A DNA stretch of 64,000 nucleotides from Longimicrobiales bacterium. Lineage in GTDB: Bacteria > Gemmatimonadota > Gemmatimonadetes > Longimicrobiales > Gaopeijiaceae. Of this stretch, positions 26,508 to 43,196 are shown piece after piece (the stretch's first letter is position 1; each line of letters begins with the position of its first letter). The stretch spans positions 1,120,001 to 1,184,000 of the forward strand of contig OZ242008.1 of the NCBI GenBank assembly GCA_965204735.1, written 5' to 3'. The notes under the pieces were generated by a model. That model worked only from the letters and a program-made list of their open reading frames with translations, did not search any database and was not told where the DNA came from. The translations under genes were made by a program, and so were the position numbers.

Positions 26508-27941
26508 ATGAGGCTCTACGACACCCTCCGACGCCAGGTCCGCGCCTTCGAGCCCCTGGACCCTCGTCGCGTCACGGTCTACGGCTGCGGACCCACCGTC
26601 TACGACTACGCCCACGTGGGCAACTTCCGCACCTTCGTCCTCTACGACCTCCTCCACCGCCACCTCAAGCGCCGGGGCTACGAAGTCGACTTCGTGGTCA
26701 ACTTCACCGACGTGGACGACAAGACGATCGCCGGTGCCGCAGATGCCGGCGTGTCCCTCCACGAGCACACGGCGCCCTTCGTGAAGGCTTTTCTGGAGGA
26801 CGCCGAGACCCTGGGCGTCGCCCCCTTCTCCCAGCACCCGCGGGCCACCGCCTTCGTGCCCCAGATGGTGGCGTTCATCGAGCGGTTGGTCGCCGCCGGC
26901 CACGCCTACGCCGTCCCGGACGGCTCTGTCTACTTCTCGGTGCCCTCCTTCGCCGCGTACGGCCGCTTGGCGGGACCCCGGTGCGACAGAAGCGCAAGCC
27001 GCTCCCGGGTCGAAGCCGAAGGCGCCGGCAAGCGCGACCCCCGGGACTTCGTGCTGTGGAAGGCGGCGCGCCCGACGGACCGTCTCGTGGGGGCCGTGTG
27101 GGACTCGCCCTGGGGAGAGGGACGCCCCGGCTGGCACCTGGAGTGCTCGGCAATGGGCGCCGCGCTCCTGGGCGACACCATCGACGTCCACTTGGGAGGC
27201 GAGGACCTCCTCTTCCCGCATCACGAGAACGAGATCGCCCAGTCGGAGGGCGCCACGGGCCGCCCCTTCGTCCGCTTCTGGCTCCACGTGAAGCACCTCA
27301 AGGTCGAGGACCAAAAGATGTCCAAGTCCTCGGGCAACTTTCACACGGTGCGCCAGCTCCTCGACGCCGGACGCGAGCCCGCCGCCGTCCGCTGGGTCCT
27401 CCTCTCCGCCCACTACCGCAACGAACTCAACTTCACCCTCGCCGGCCTCGACGAGGCCGCCGTCGCCTTGCAGCGGCTGCTGGACTTTCGCCGTCGAGTC
27501 GCCGATCTCCCCGCCGCCGGTGGAGGTCTGGGGCTGGCCGCCCGCGCCCGCAAGGCCTTGGCCGCCTTCGGCGAGGCTCTCGACGACGACCTGAACGCCC
27601 CCAAGGCGCTGGCGGTCCTCTGGAAGCTGGTGAGGGAGGCGAACGCCGCCCTGGACGAAGCCTCGGGGGAAGCGTCCGCGGCCGACAGGGAAGGGGTGCT
27701 CGAAGCCCTGGCGGGGATCGACGAGGCGCTGGGGGTCTTGGATCTGGCGTCGGCGTTCAGGGCGGTGGGAGGCGAAGCGGAGGAACGGATACGGCGCATG
27801 GTGAACGAGCGGGACAAGGCTCGGGCGGCCCGCGACTTCCGGACCGCGGACCGCCTGCGCGAAGAGCTGGCCGCCGCCGGGGTCCGCTTGGAGGACACGC
27901 CCGCCGGCACCCGCTGGAGCCGCGTCGGGACCCCGGATTGA
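26508..27941 (+). CDS. cysS: Cysteine--tRNA ligase
   Basis: CGPTVYDYAHVGN, TDVDDK, GRPGWHLECS, FPHHENE, KMSKS. Confidence 0.96.
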   Translation: MRLYDTLRRQVRAFEPLDPRRVTVYGCGPTVYDYAHVGNFRTFVLYDLLHRHLKRRGYEVDFVVNFTDVDDKTIAGAADAGVSLHEHTAPFVKAFLEDAETLGVAPFSQHPRATAFVPQMVAFIERLVAAGHAYAVPDGSVYFSVPSFAAYGRLAGPRCDRSASRSRVEAEGAGKRDPRDFVLWKAARPTDRLVGAVWDSPWGEGRPGWHLECSAMGAALLGDTIDVHLGGEDLLFPHHENEIAQSEGATGRPFVRFWLHVKHLKVEDQKMSKSSGNFHTVRQLLDAGREPAAVRWVLLSAHYRNELNFTLAGLDEAAVALQRLLDFRRRVADLPAAGGGLGLAARARKALAAFGEALDDDLNAPKALAVLWKLVREANAALDEASGEASAADREGVLEALAGIDEALGVLDLASAFRAVGGEAEERIRRMVNERDKARAARDFRTADRLREELAAAGVRLEDTPAGTRWSRVGTPD

Positions 27942-28090
27942 TCGTCCCGGCGCCGCGGTGGCCGACACGCGCCGCCCACGCCCAACCAGAGGACGCCGCT
28001 CACGCTCAACCAGAGGACGCCGCCCACGCTCAACCGGAGGACGGAACCATGCCGCCCCGGATTGATCGTTCGGGGGCCGCCGAGGCCGAC
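27931..28090 (+). repeat. 36-bp imperfect direct repeats (27931-27966, 28055-28090) enclosing a 3x24-bp tandem repeat (27970-28043)
   Basis: ccccggattgatcgt... occurs twice with 5 mismatches in 36; unit cgccgcYcacgcYcaaccRgagga occurs three times. Confidence 0.85.
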
Positions 28091-28166
28091 CCCCTTCCGC
28101 CGCCGGGCTTCATCCGCCAACTTCCGCTGGGGCCGTGCCGTCTTCCGCTCCGGCACGGCCGTCGTC

Positions 28167-28239
28167 GCTGGCGTAGCTCAGATGGAAGAGCAGCTGACTT
28201 GTAATCAGCAGGTCCGGGGTTCGAATCCCCGCGCCAGCT
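28167..28239 (+). tRNA. tRNA-Thr(TGT)
   Basis: Acceptor GCTGGCG/CGCCAGC, anticodon arm gctga-cttgtaa-tcagc, T-loop gttcgaatc; CCA not encoded. Confidence 0.95.
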
Positions 28240-28275
28240 TGCCCTCTCCCAGCGGCGCCCCTTCGCCCGCCCCCG

Positions 28276-28304
28276 TTGACGCCTCTTCCCGCCTCGGTTA
28301 CGTT
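28276..28304 (+). promoter_or_regulatory. Sigma70-type promoter for the tRNA-Tyr/Gly/Thr-tuf operon
   Basis: TTGACG-N17-TACGTT. Confidence 0.7.
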
Positions 28305-28313
28305 TGAGTGCTA

Positions 28314-28385
28314 GTTTCCATCCGTTTCGGTTCAGCGCGGGGAGCGCCCCGGCCGGCTTCCCTGCGGGGATGGAAACGTTTTTTT
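28314..28385 (+). promoter_or_regulatory. Structured leader / terminator-like element directly 5' of tRNA-Tyr
   Basis: gtttccatcc (28314-28323) pairs with ggatggaaac (28368-28377), followed by gTTTTTTT. Confidence 0.55.
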
Positions 28386-28468
28386 GGTGGGGTACCGAAG
28401 CGGCCAACCGGGGCAGACTGTAAATCTGCTGGCTCACGCCTACGTAGGTTCGAATCCTACCCCCACCA
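28386..28468 (+). tRNA. tRNA-Tyr(GTA)
   Basis: GGTGGGG/CCCCACC acceptor, gcaga-ctgtaaa-tctgc anticodon arm, long variable arm. Confidence 0.95.
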
Positions 28469-28506
28469 CTGGACGGGCCTCCCTTCGCGGGGAAGCTCGT
28501 CCTGCC

Positions 28507-28580
28507 GCGGGAGTAGCTCAGTTGGCTAGAGCGTCAGCCTTCCAAGCTGAGGGTCGCCGGTTCGAGTCCGGTCTCCCGCT
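28507..28580 (+). tRNA. tRNA-Gly(TCC)
   Basis: GCGGGAG/CTCCCGC acceptor, tcagc-cttccaa-gctga anticodon arm. Confidence 0.95.
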
Positions 28581-28657
28581 CTCCCGCCGGCCCGGCGGAG
28601 CGGACGGCCTGGAGGCGGGTCGCGTCTCCGGAGCCGGTCCGGCGGGCCACGAGCGGC

Positions 28658-28729
28658 GCTCTGGTAGCTCAGTGGTAGAGCGCTTCCTTGGTAAGGAAGA
28701 GGTCGCGGGTTCGATCCCCGCCCAGAGCT
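28658..28729 (+). tRNA. tRNA-Thr(GGT)
   Basis: GCTCTGG/CCAGAGC acceptor, cttcc-ttggtaa-ggaag anticodon arm. Confidence 0.95.
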
Positions 28730-28855
28730 TCGGCGGGACGAGGAGCGTTCCCGGCCTCCGCACCGGCAGGGCCCCCGCTTCGGCGGCCGGCTCGAGCGAC
28801 AGCGCAGCAAGGACACCCGGTCCGCCAGGACCCGCACGCGACTGAAGGAGACAGC

Positions 28856-30046
<1,191 letters not shown>

Positions 30047-30059
30047 CGGAGCGAGGATC

Positions 30060-30266
30060 ATGTCGCGTCTCTCCAACGCCAAGACGTTCGCCGAAGAGTG
30101 CGTGGCCGAGATGGGCAAGGTCACGTGGCCCGACCGGGAGCAGCTCCGCAACGCCACCTGGGTGGTGATCCTCTTCACGATCCTGATCTCCGCGGTCATC
30201 TGGCTCATGGACACCGCCTCCCGGCTGGTCATCGCCGACTTCATCATGGGACTCTTCGCTTCTTGA
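30060..30266 (+). CDS. secE: Preprotein translocase subunit SecE
   Basis: EMGKVTWP motif plus one TM helix; position before nusG. Confidence 0.9.
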   Translation: MSRLSNAKTFAEECVAEMGKVTWPDREQLRNATWVVILFTILISAVIWLMDTASRLVIADFIMGLFAS

Positions 30267-30829
30267 GCGGCGAGGAACGCTGGTACGCGCTTCAGACCCA
30301 ATCCCGCCACGAAAACCGGGTCAGGCGCTTGATCCAGCAGGAGATCGACGAGGAAATGGAGCGCATCAAGGCGCGCAAGGAGGCCGCAGGAACCGAGCCG
30401 GACATTCGAGAGGTCCTGGTCCCCACCCACGAGGTCGTGGAGATCCGAAAGGGAAAGCGGGTTCCCGTGACCAAGCCCGTGTACCCGGGCTACCTGCTGG
30501 TGCGGATGGTGCTGAACGAAGAGAGCGAGCACGTGATCGCCGGGATGAAGGGAGTGCGGTTCGTCACGCACGGAGACGACCCCCAGCCCCTGAGCAAGGA
30601 GGACGTGAACCGGATCAGGGGCGTCGAGGACGAGGACGAACCCGGCGTCCGCGACGAGATCCCCTTCCGTCCCGGCCAGGCCGTGGAGGTGATCCAAGGC
30701 CCGTTCACCGAGTTTTCGGGCACCGTTCAGGAGGTCTACGCCGACAAGGGCAAGGTGAAGGTCGAGGTCTCGCTCTTCGGCCGCCCGACCTCGGTGGAGC
30801 TGGACTTCACCCAGTTGAAGGGGTTCTAG
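30263..30829 (+). CDS. nusG: Transcription termination/antitermination factor NusG
   Basis: [17 protein letters not shown] domain [10 protein letters not shown]...[17 protein letters not shown] start overlapping secE. Confidence 0.93.
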   Translation: MSGEERWYALQTQSRHENRVRRLIQQEIDEEMERIKARKEAAGTEPDIREVLVPTHEVVEIRKGKRVPVTKPVYPGYLLVRMVLNEESEHVIAGMKGVRFVTHGDDPQPLSKEDVNRIRGVEDEDEPGVRDEIPFRPGQAVEVIQGPFTEFSGTVQEVYADKGKVKVEVSLFGRPTSVELDFTQLKGF

Positions 30830-30853
30830 GAGCCCCCCTGCCGAAGGCGCGTC

Positions 30854-31300
30854 ATGGCCAAGCCAACGAAGAAGACCCTGGGCTTCGTGAAGCTCCAGAT
30901 CCCCGCCGGCCAAGCAAATCCGGCGCCGCCGGTAGGGCCGGCCCTGGGACAGTACGGCGTCAACATCATGGACTTCTGCAAGCAGTTCAACGCCAAGACC
31001 CAGAAGCAGAGCGGCACCCTGGTGCCGGTGGAGATCACCGTCTGGGCCGACCGGTCCTTTTCCTTCGTCACCAAGACGCCCCCGGCCTCCTTTCTCATCA
31101 AGAAGGCCGCAGGCCTCGAGAAGGGCTCCCAGGAGCCCCAGGCCACGAAGGTGGCGGCCCTGACCGCGGCGCAGGTCCGGGAGATCGCGGAAGCCAAGAT
31201 GCCGGACCTCAACACCAACGACGTGGGCTCCGCCATGAGGATGATCAAGGGCACCGCGCGCTCCATGGGGATCACCGTGGACGGCGAGCTGGAGGCCTGA
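30854..31300 (+). CDS. rplK: 50S ribosomal protein L11
   Basis: [26 protein letters not shown]. Confidence 0.98.
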   Translation: MAKPTKKTLGFVKLQIPAGQANPAPPVGPALGQYGVNIMDFCKQFNAKTQKQSGTLVPVEITVWADRSFSFVTKTPPASFLIKKAAGLEKGSQEPQATKVAALTAAQVREIAEAKMPDLNTNDVGSAMRMIKGTARSMGITVDGELEA

Positions 31301-31311
31301 GGAGAGAAGAG

Positions 31312-32010
31312 ATGCCCAAGCGAGGCAAGAAGTACGGCGAAGCACGCCACTCCTGCGACCGCAGCGTCCGGCGCTTGCCCGGCGACGCCCTCGGGCAGGT
31401 GAAGGAGATGGCCTTCGCCGGCTTCGACGAGAGCGTGGACGTGGCGGCGCACCTGGGAGTGGACCCGCGAAAGGCCGACCAGATCGTGCGCGGCACCGTC
31501 GTGCTGCCCCACGGAATCGGCAAGCCGGTCCGGGTCCTGGCGATCTGCCAGGGCGAGAAGGAGGAAGAGGCCCAGTCGGCCGGCGCCGACTTCGTGGGCG
31601 TCGAGTACGTGGACAAGATTCGCGAGGGATGGCTGGAGTTCGACGTCTGCGTGGCCACCCCGGACCTGATGAGCAAGGTCGGCCCGCTGGGCCGGATACT
31701 CGGCCCCCGAGGCCTGATGCCCACGCCGAAGGCCGGAACGGTCACGCCCGCGGTCGGCGCCGCGATCGAGGAGATCAAGGCCGGCAAGATCGAGTACCGG
31801 GTGGACAAGACGGGCAACCTTCACGCCCCGATCGGTCGAGTGTCCTTCGACGTCGACCGCCTGGAGGAGAACCTGACCGCCTTCATGGCCTCGGTCCTGC
31901 GGGCCAAGCCTGCCGCGGCCAAGGGCGCCTACGTCAAGAGCGTGACCGTGTCGAGCACCATGGGGCCGGGCGTCCCCGTCGATCCCAACAGCTTCACCCG
32001 GAGCGGCTGA
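31312..32010 (+). CDS. rplA: 50S ribosomal protein L1
   Basis: [33 protein letters not shown]. Confidence 0.98.
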   Translation: MPKRGKKYGEARHSCDRSVRRLPGDALGQVKEMAFAGFDESVDVAAHLGVDPRKADQIVRGTVVLPHGIGKPVRVLAICQGEKEEEAQSAGADFVGVEYVDKIREGWLEFDVCVATPDLMSKVGPLGRILGPRGLMPTPKAGTVTPAVGAAIEEIKAGKIEYRVDKTGNLHAPIGRVSFDVDRLEENLTAFMASVLRAKPAAAKGAYVKSVTVSSTMGPGVPVDPNSFTRSG

Positions 32011-32013
32011 CCC

Positions 32014-32535
32014 GTGACCAGAGAGCAGAAGGAAACGTTCGTCGCCGAGTTCCAGGGCCGCCTTGACCAGGCGGAGGTTCTCTACCTCACGGACTTCACG
32101 GGCTTGAACGTGAAGGCGATGACCACTCTTCGCCGCCGGCTCAAGGAAGCGGGCGCCGAGTACTTGGTGGTCAAGAACCGCTTGGTGAAGCGCGCCCTGG
32201 GCGACGCGGCCGGGCCCGAGCTGACGAAGGTCCTGACGGGACCGACGGGGATCGTCTTCGGGAACGCCGGCGTTGCCGAGGCGGCACGCGCCGTCGCCGA
32301 CTTCGCCAAGGAGAACGACAAGAAGCCGGTCTTCAAGGCGGGTCTGCTGGGAGACGCCTTCCTGGAACCGGAGAAGATCGCGAAGATCGCCACCCTTCCG
32401 TCCCGAGAGGCGCTGCTCTCCGAGGTCGCGGGCGCCCTGGGCGGACCCTTGTCGGCCCTGGCCGCGGCCCTGGAGGCCAAGACCCAGGAGCTTGCGGGAG
32501 TGGTGGAGGCCCTTCGGAGCGCGCGGGACGCGTAG
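32014..32535 (+). CDS. rplJ: 50S ribosomal protein L10
   Basis: DFTGLNV, VVKNRL, LTGPT, LPSREALL; between rplA and rplL. Confidence 0.95.
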   Translation: MTREQKETFVAEFQGRLDQAEVLYLTDFTGLNVKAMTTLRRRLKEAGAEYLVVKNRLVKRALGDAAGPELTKVLTGPTGIVFGNAGVAEAARAVADFAKENDKKPVFKAGLLGDAFLEPEKIAKIATLPSREALLSEVAGALGGPLSALAAALEAKTQELAGVVEALRSARDA

Positions 32536-32598
32536 CGCCGAGCAGAAGTCGACCAGAAGCACGCCCGCCGGCCGGGCAAACCCAACGGAGGAAACGAA

Positions 32599-32976
32599 AT
32601 GGCTGTGAATCAGCAGGAGCTTCTCGACACCATCGGAAGCATGACGGTCGTCGAGCTGTCCGAGTTCGTCGAGGCGTTCAAGGAGAAGTTCAACGTCACG
32701 GCTGCAGCGGCGCCCGCAGCGATCGTCCCCGGCGCCGTAGGCGTCGCGGAGGAAGTCGTCGAGCAGACCGAGTTCGAGGTCGTCCTCGACAGCTTCGGCG
32801 CCAAGAAGATCCAGGTCATCAAGGTGATTCGGGAGATCACCGGCCTTGGCCTGAAGGAGGCGAAGGAGATGGTCGACAAGGCTCCGAACACGGTCAAGGA
32901 AGCCGTCGAGAAGGACGAGGCGGAAGAGATCAAGAGCAAGCTCGAAGCGGTTGGCGCCAGCGTGACCGTGAAGTAG
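32599..32976 (+). CDS. rplL: 50S ribosomal protein L7/L12
   Basis: [29 protein letters not shown]. Confidence 0.98.
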   Translation: MAVNQQELLDTIGSMTVVELSEFVEAFKEKFNVTAAAAPAAIVPGAVGVAEEVVEQTEFEVVLDSFGAKKIQVIKVIREITGLGLKEAKEMVDKAPNTVKEAVEKDEAEEIKSKLEAVGASVTVK

Positions 32977-32979
32977 TGC

Positions 32980-33000
32980 GCCGGCAGCGTCGCTGCCGGC
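32980..33000 (+). terminator. GC-rich inverted repeat just after the rplL stop (possible terminator/attenuator before rpoB; no U-tract)
   Basis: gccggcagcg-t-cgctgccggc; a second hairpin gggagtcg-ggg-cgactccc lies at 33041-33059. Confidence 0.4.
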
Positions 33001-33210
33001 CTGGAGCCGGAGCGGGGCCGTGCGCGGGACGGCGACGACGGGGAGTCGGGGCGACTCCCGGCCAGGAGCCTCCCCGCGTCGCGCTTCGCGTTCCTCCTTC
33101 CACGACGGAACCCTGTCGGCGCAGTCCCTGCGCGCCCCCGGTACTGTCCGCAACCGCCGTCCTGCGCTCCACGCGGGGGGCATCGCACACGAACAGAGGA
33201 GAGTTGCACT

Positions 33211-37563
<4,353 letters not shown>

Positions 37564-37568
37564 CCCAA

Positions 37569-40500
37569 ATGATCGACTTCCCCCGGGTGCGAGAGAACCG
37601 AGTCTCGGACTTCGACTACATCCAGATCCGGATCGCGTCGCCCGACAAGGTGCGGGAGTGGTCCCACGGCGAGGTCACCAAGCCCGAAACGATCAACTAC
37701 CGGTCGTACAAGCCCGAGCCCATGGGATTGTTCTGCCCGCGGATCTTCGGGCCGGTCAAGGACTGGGAGTGCGCCTGCGGCAAGTACAAGCGCATTCGCT
37801 TCCGAGGCATCGTCTGCGACCGATGCAACGTCGAGGTGACGCAGGCCAGGGTTCGACGGGAGCGGATGGGACACATCGAGCTCGCGGTGCCGATCTGCCA
37901 CATCTGGTTCTTCAAGACGCTGCCCAGCCAGCTGGGCTACCTCCTGGGGATGACCTTGAAGGACCTCGAAAAGGTCGTCTACTACGCGTCCCACGTGGTC
38001 ACCCACCCCGGCAAGCAGGAGATCGAGTACCTGGACCTCTTGGACGAGGACGACCACTACGACCTCCGCGTCAAGGCGCGGGATGAACGCGACGACAAGT
38101 TCAAGGCCGAGATCGGCGCCGACGCCGTGCGGACTCTCCTCAGGAAGCTGGACTCTCCCGAGGTCGAGGTCGGGCAGCGCAACAAGGACGGCAGGGGGCT
38201 CGACCGCTTGGCGGAGTGGCTCCGCAACGAGATCGCGACCGAGACCTCCCAGCACCGCAAGAAGAAGAAGCTGCGCCGCCTCAAGGTGGTCGACGCGCTG
38301 CGCAACTCCGGCGAGACGCCCGACAAGCGGAACCGGCCCGAGTGGCTGGTGCTGGACGTGATTCCGGTGATCCCGCCGGACCTCCGTCCCCTGGTGCCCC
38401 TGGACGGCGGGCGCTTCGCCACGTCGGACCTGAACGACCTCTACCGCCGGGTGATCAACCGCAACAACCGCCTCAAGAAGCTCATCGAGATGCGGGCGCC
38501 CGAAGTCATCCTGCGCAACGAGAAGCGGATGCTTCAGGAGTCGGTGGACGCCCTCTTCGACAACGGCCGGCGCGCCAAGGCGATCCGGGGCCGGGGCAAG
38601 CGCCCCCTGAAGTCGCTCTCCGACATGCTCAAGGGGAAGCAGGGCCGCTTCCGCCAGAACCTGCTGGGCAAGCGGGTGGACTACTCGGGCCGCTCGGTCA
38701 TCGTGGTGGGCCCCGAGCTGAAGCTCCACCAGTGCGGCCTCCCGAAGACGATGGCGGTAGAGCTCTTCAAGCCCTTCATCATCCACGAGCTGGAGCGTCG
38801 GGGCGAAGCCGAGACCGTCAAGAAGGCCAAGAAGCTGGTGGAGGACAACGACCCCAAGGTCTACGGGGTGCTCGAGGACATCATCCGGGACCACCCCGTG
38901 CTGCTCAACCGGGCCCCCACCCTCCACCGGATCGGGATCCAGGGCTTCGAGCCCGTGCTGGTCGAAGGCAAGGCGATCCGCATCCACCCCCTCGTCTGCT
39001 CGGCCTTCAACGCGGACTTCGACGGAGACCAGATGGCGGTCCACCTGCCCCTCTCCTTCGAAGCCCAGCTGGAGGCGCGAGTGCTCATGCTCTCCAGCAA
39101 CAACGTCCTGCTGCCCTCCAACGGGCGCCCGGTGACGTCGCCGACCCAGGACATGGTCGTCGGTTCCTACTACCTGACGAAGCCCCCTCTCGAGATCGCC
39201 GAGCTGGAGCACCAGCGCTCCCACGGGGGCGCGCCCGACGAATCCCGCGAGGCGGCGGCCCGCCAGCTGGACGAGCGCTACCGGGACGCGCCCCGCTTCG
39301 CCAACTGGGGCGAAGTCGAGGTGGCCCTTCTGCAGGAGCGCGCGAAGTTCCGCACCCCGTGCTGGTACTGGGTCGCCGAGGGGAGCGCCTCCGAAGACCC
39401 GGCCGCGGTGCGCAGCGCCGGCTGGGTCCGGACGACCGCCGGGCGCGTGCTCTTCAACTCGATCGTTCCCGAACCGATCGGCTTCCTCAACAAGACCTTC
39501 GGGAAGAAGGAGCTGGGCGACCTGGTGTTCCAGTGCTTCACCGACGCGGGCTCGGCGGCCACCGTCCGCTTCCTGGACCACCTGAAGGACTTCGGCTTCC
39601 GGTACGCCACCTTGGGCGGCATCTCCGTGGGCGTCGACGATCTGGAGGTTCCGCCCCAGAAGGCCGAGATCCTCCGAGAGACTGCCGACAGCGCGCGCGA
39701 CTGGCAGGAGAAGTACGCCGCCGGCCACATCTCGAACGGCGAGCGCTACAACAAGATCATCGACCTCTGGACCCACGCCAACAACGACGTGGCCGACGCC
39801 ATGGTGCGGCACCTGGAGCAGTCGAAGGGCGGGTTCAACCCGGTCTTCATGATGATGATCTCCGGGGCGCGGGGAAACCGGGACCAGATGCGGCAGCTCG
39901 CCGGGATGCGGGGACTCATGGCCAAGCCCCAGAAGAAGCTGACCGGCAGGATCGGCGAGATCATCGAGAGTCCGATCCGGTCCAACTTCCGCGAGGGCCT
40001 CACCGTGGTGGAGTACTTCATCTCCACCCACGGGGCTCGGAAGGGCTTGGCCGACACGGCGCTGAAGACCGCCGACGCCGGCTACCTGACGCGACGCCTG
40101 GTGGACGTGGCCCAGGACGTGACGATCGCCGAGGAGGACTGCGGCGCGATTCTGGGCTCGGAGATCAGCGCCCTCAAGGAAGGAGAAGACATCATCGAGC
40201 CTCTTGCCGACCGGATCGCCGGCAACGTGGCCTTCGAGGACGTCTACGACCCGATCAGCGGCGAGCTGATCCTCACGGCCAACAAGCTGATCGACGAAGA
40301 CGCGGCAACGGCGATCGAGGACGCGGGGATCCAGAAGGTCAAGATCCGCTCCGTCCTCACCTGCGAGAGCAAGCAGGGGATATGCCGCCAGTGCTACGGA
40401 CGGAACTTGGCCACGATGGGTCCCGTGGACATCGGCGAGGCCGTCGGGATCCTGGCGGCCCAGTCGATCGGCGAGCCGGGCACCCAGCTGACGCTGCGCA

Positions 40501-42053
40501 CCTTCCACATCGGCGGCACGGCCGCCCGCATCGCGGCGCAGAGCCAGAGGACGTCCAAGATCGCCGGGCTGGTCGGGCTGGAGCGGGTCGCCTGGGTCAC
40601 GGACCGTCAGGGCGCCAGGATCGTGACCTCGCGAGAGGGGAAGATCCTGATCAAGACGCGCAACGGCCAGATCCGCAGCCAGCTGTCCGTCCCCTACGGC
40701 GCGGCGATCGCCGTGGAGGAAGGCGGCATGATCAAGGCGGGAGACGTGCTCTTCAGCTGGGATCCCTACTCCGAGCCCATCGTCGCCGACGTGCAGGGCG
40801 CCCTGGTGTTCCGGGACATCGTCGAGGAACAGACCGTCAGGGAGGAGTACGACGAGTCCACGGGGCGCCGGCAGAAGGCGATCATCGAGGACCGGGACAA
40901 GAAGCTCCACCCCCGGATCCAGATCTGGGCTCCCGACAAGGGCAAGTCGGGCGACGACTACGGCTTCGTCGCCAAGGAGTTCATCATCCCGGTGGGCGCC
41001 CAGCTGCTGCTCGCCGACGGCGCCCAGGTCCAGCCCGGCGACAAGATCGCCAAGATCAGCCGGGAGGTGTACAAGACCCGGGACATCACCGGCGGCCTGC
41101 CTCGGGTGGCGGAGCTCTTCGAGGCCCGCCAGCCCAAGGACCCGGCCGTGATTACCGAGATCGACGGCACGGTGTCCTTCGGCGACATCAAGCGCGGAAA
41201 GCGGTCGGTCGAGGTCACGCCGCGGCCCCGAGAGAAGCGGGTGTACCGCGCGTCGGCCGGCGGCGCCCCGGTGAAGAAGCGGACCTACGAGATACCGGTG
41301 GGCAAGCACCTGCGCGTCCATCAGGGAGACGAGGTGCGGGCGGGCGACCGCCTGTCGGAAGGACCGAAAAACCCCCACGACATCCTGCGCATCAGCGGGC
41401 TCCAGGCCGTCCAGGAGTACCTCCGCGACAATATCCAGGAGGTCTACCGCCTTCAGGGCGTGAAGATCAACGACAAGCACATCGGCGTGATCGTGCGCCA
41501 GATGCTTCAGAAGGTTCGGGTCGTGGATCCGGGCGACACCCTCCTGCTCGAGGGCGACCACGTGGACCGCACCGAGCTGCGCAGGTTGAACGAGGAGGTT
41601 CGCCGGCGCAACGAGCTCGCCCTGGCCGAAGGCCGGAAGCCGGAGCGGGCCGCCACGGTCGAGTCGGTCCTGCTGGGCATCACGAAGGCGAGCCTCACCA
41701 CCAAGTCCTTCGTGTCCGCCGCCTCCTTCCAGGAAACGACCCGAGTCCTCACCGACGCCGCCGTTCGGGGCGCCAAGGACGACCTGAAGGGGCTCAAGGA
41801 GAACATCATCATCGGTCACCTCGTGCCCGCGGGAACCGGCGTGCACCGGTGGCACGACGTGGAGTTCGCAGTGGACGACCAGTCGTTCTACGACGAGGAG
41901 ATCCTTCCCCTCACGGCTCCCGGAGAGATTCTGCCGGGTCTCGGGGAAGACCCCCTGGAGCTGCCGAAGGAGCCCTGGACGGAAGCGCAGTCGGAGGGGC
42001 CCCAGGAGGAAGCGGCGGCGACGGCGGAGGAGCTGGCGACGAAGGCGGAGTGA
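37569..42053 (+). CDS. rpoC: RNA polymerase beta' subunit
   Basis: [48 protein letters not shown]. Confidence 0.98.
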   Translation: MIDFPRVRENRVSDFDYIQIRIASPDKVREWSHGEVTKPETINYRSYKPEPMGLFCPRIFGPVKDWECACGKYKRIRFRGIVCDRCNVEVTQARVRRERMGHIELAVPICHIWFFKTLPSQLGYLLGMTLKDLEKVVYYASHVVTHPGKQEIEYLDLLDEDDHYDLRVKARDERDDKFKAEIGADAVRTLLRKLDSPEVEVGQRNKDGRGLDRLAEWLRNEIATETSQHRKKKKLRRLKVVDALRNSGETPDKRNRPEWLVLDVIPVIPPDLRPLVPLDGGRFATSDLNDLYRRVINRNNRLKKLIEMRAPEVILRNEKRMLQESVDALFDNGRRAKAIRGRGKRPLKSLSDMLKGKQGRFRQNLLGKRVDYSGRSVIVVGPELKLHQCGLPKTMAVELFKPFIIHELERRGEAETVKKAKKLVEDNDPKVYGVLEDIIRDHPVLLNRAPTLHRIGIQGFEPVLVEGKAIRIHPLVCSAFNADFDGDQMAVHLPLSFEAQLEARVLMLSSNNVLLPSNGRPVTSPTQDMVVGSYYLTKPPLEIAELEHQRSHGGAPDESREAAARQLDERYRDAPRFANWGEVEVALLQERAKFRTPCWYWVAEGSASEDPAAVRSAGWVRTTAGRVLFNSIVPEPIGFLNKTFGKKELGDLVFQCFTDAGSAATVRFLDHLKDFGFRYATLGGISVGVDDLEVPPQKAEILRETADSARDWQEKYAAGHISNGERYNKIIDLWTHANNDVADAMVRHLEQSKGGFNPVFMMMISGARGNRDQMRQLAGMRGLMAKPQKKLTGRIGEIIESPIRSNFREGLTVVEYFISTHGARKGLADTALKTADAGYLTRRLVDVAQDVTIAEEDCGAILGSEISALKEGEDIIEPLADRIAGNVAFEDVYDPISGELILTANKLIDEDAATAIEDAGIQKVKIRSVLTCESKQGICRQCYGRNLATMGPVDIGEAVGILAAQSIGEPGTQLTLRTFHIGGTAARIAAQSQRTSKIAGLVGLERVAWVTDRQGARIVTSREGKILIKTRNGQIRSQLSVPYGAAIAVEEGGMIKAGDVLFSWDPYSEPIVADVQGALVFRDIVEEQTVREEYDESTGRRQKAIIEDRDKKLHPRIQIWAPDKGKSGDDYGFVAKEFIIPVGAQLLLADGAQVQPGDKIAKISREVYKTRDITGGLPRVAELFEARQPKDPAVITEIDGTVSFGDIKRGKRSVEVTPRPREKRVYRASAGGAPVKKRTYEIPVGKHLRVHQGDEVRAGDRLSEGPKNPHDILRISGLQAVQEYLRDNIQEVYRLQGVKINDKHIGVIVRQMLQKVRVVDPGDTLLLEGDHVDRTELRRLNEEVRRRNELALAEGRKPERAATVESVLLGITKASLTTKSFVSAASFQETTRVLTDAAVRGAKDDLKGLKENIIIGHLVPAGTGVHRWHDVEFAVDDQSFYDEEILPLTAPGEILPGLGEDPLELPKEPWTEAQSEGPQEEAAATAEELATKAE

Positions 42054-42115
42054 CGAGGCGGGCGGTCCGGCGCCCCCAAGGAAGCGCCGGAACCGCCCCG
42101 GCGACGCTCCACGTA

Positions 42116-42144
42116 TTGACGCCTTCCCTGGATGGGTCTACGTT
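42116..42144 (+). promoter_or_regulatory. Sigma70-type promoter for the str (rpsL) operon
   Basis: TTGACG-N17-TACGTT, about 150 nt upstream of rpsL. Confidence 0.7.
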
Positions 42145-42295
42145 TTCTGGTCTGTCCAGGAAATTCCCCGAAGGGAGTCTCCCGGACGCCGGGCGCGCTT
42201 GGCCCCCCAAGCGCGCCTTTGTTCGCCCCGAGGGCGCGCCGGACTCGCCCACGAGACACGAGACGCGGGTCACCGACGAGAACGGGTTCCACTTC

Positions 42296-42667
42296 ATGCC
42301 GACGGTAAACCAACTGGTGCGGAAGGGCCGCGAGCGACTGGTCAAGAAGAACAAGTCGCCCGCGCTCCAGAGCAACCCCCAGAAGCGGGGGGTCTGCACC
42401 CGCGTGTACACCACGACTCCGAAGAAGCCGAACTCGGCGCTGCGGAAGGTTGCCCGGGTCCGGCTCACCAACGGGTACGAGGTCACGGCCTACATCGGCG
42501 GCGAGGGACACAACCTTCAGGAGCACTCGATCGTCCTGATCCGAGGCGGGCGAGTGAAGGACCTGCCCGGCGTGCGCTACCACATCGTCCGGGGGACGCT
42601 CGACACCTCCGGGGTGGACGGCCGCAAGCAGGGGCGATCCAAGTACGGAGCGAAGCGGCCCAAGTAG
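42296..42667 (+). CDS. rpsL: 30S ribosomal protein S12
   Basis: [35 protein letters not shown]. Confidence 0.98.
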   Translation: MPTVNQLVRKGRERLVKKNKSPALQSNPQKRGVCTRVYTTTPKKPNSALRKVARVRLTNGYEVTAYIGGEGHNLQEHSIVLIRGGRVKDLPGVRYHIVRGTLDTSGVDGRKQGRSKYGAKRPK

Positions 42668-42700
42668 GCCGCCGAAGGGAAGCCCAGGAGTGCAAGCCCG

Positions 42701-43171
42701 ATGAGCCGTCGTTCCAGAGCGATTCGCCGACAGGTGCCCGAGGACCCCCGCTTCGGCTCCCAGGTCGTCCAGAAGTTCGTGAACGGCCTGATGAAGGACG
42801 GGAAGAAGTCCTTGGCCGAGCGGATCTTCTACGAGGCGATGGAGATCGTGGAGCAGAAGTCGGACGAGGCGCCCGTCGCGGTCTTCGAGCAGGCCCTCTC
42901 GAACGCCAAGCCGGCGCTCGAGGTGAAGAGCCGGCGGGTCGGCGGCGCCACCTATCAGGTCCCCATCGAGGTTCGGCCGGAGAGGCGCCAGGCCCTGGCG
43001 ATCAAGTGGCTGATCGGCTTCGCCCGGGACCGGGGCGAGCGAACGATGGCCCAGCGCTTGGCCGCCGAGGTGCTCGCCGCCAGCCGAGGCGAGGGCGCGA
43101 CCGTCAAGAAGAAGGACGACACCCACCGGATGGCCGAGGCCAACAAGGCCTTCGCCCACTACCGCTGGTAG
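42701..43171 (+). CDS. rpsG: 30S ribosomal protein S7
   Basis: [26 protein letters not shown]. Confidence 0.98.
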   Translation: MSRRSRAIRRQVPEDPRFGSQVVQKFVNGLMKDGKKSLAERIFYEAMEIVEQKSDEAPVAVFEQALSNAKPALEVKSRRVGGATYQVPIEVRPERRQALAIKWLIGFARDRGERTMAQRLAAEVLAASRGEGATVKKKDDTHRMAEANKAFAHYRW

Positions 43172-43196
43172 CCCGAGACGCCGCGAGACGACGCAG

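Noticed and set aside
27970..28043. 24-bp repeats as a CRISPR array or a coding AHAQPEDA peptide
   Set aside because: Units are head-to-tail with no spacers, and the peptide appears only in a shadow ORF overlapping cysS and tRNA-Thr.
30263..30829. NusG as a specialised paralog (RfaH/LoaP-like SRHE motif)
   Set aside because: It sits in the canonical secE-nusG-rplK position and has a typical NusG KOW C-terminus.
40500..41095. About 190-aa insertion in the RpoC trigger loop
   Set aside because: Matches the position and size of the known SI3 (beta' i6) insertion of many Gram-negative bacteria.
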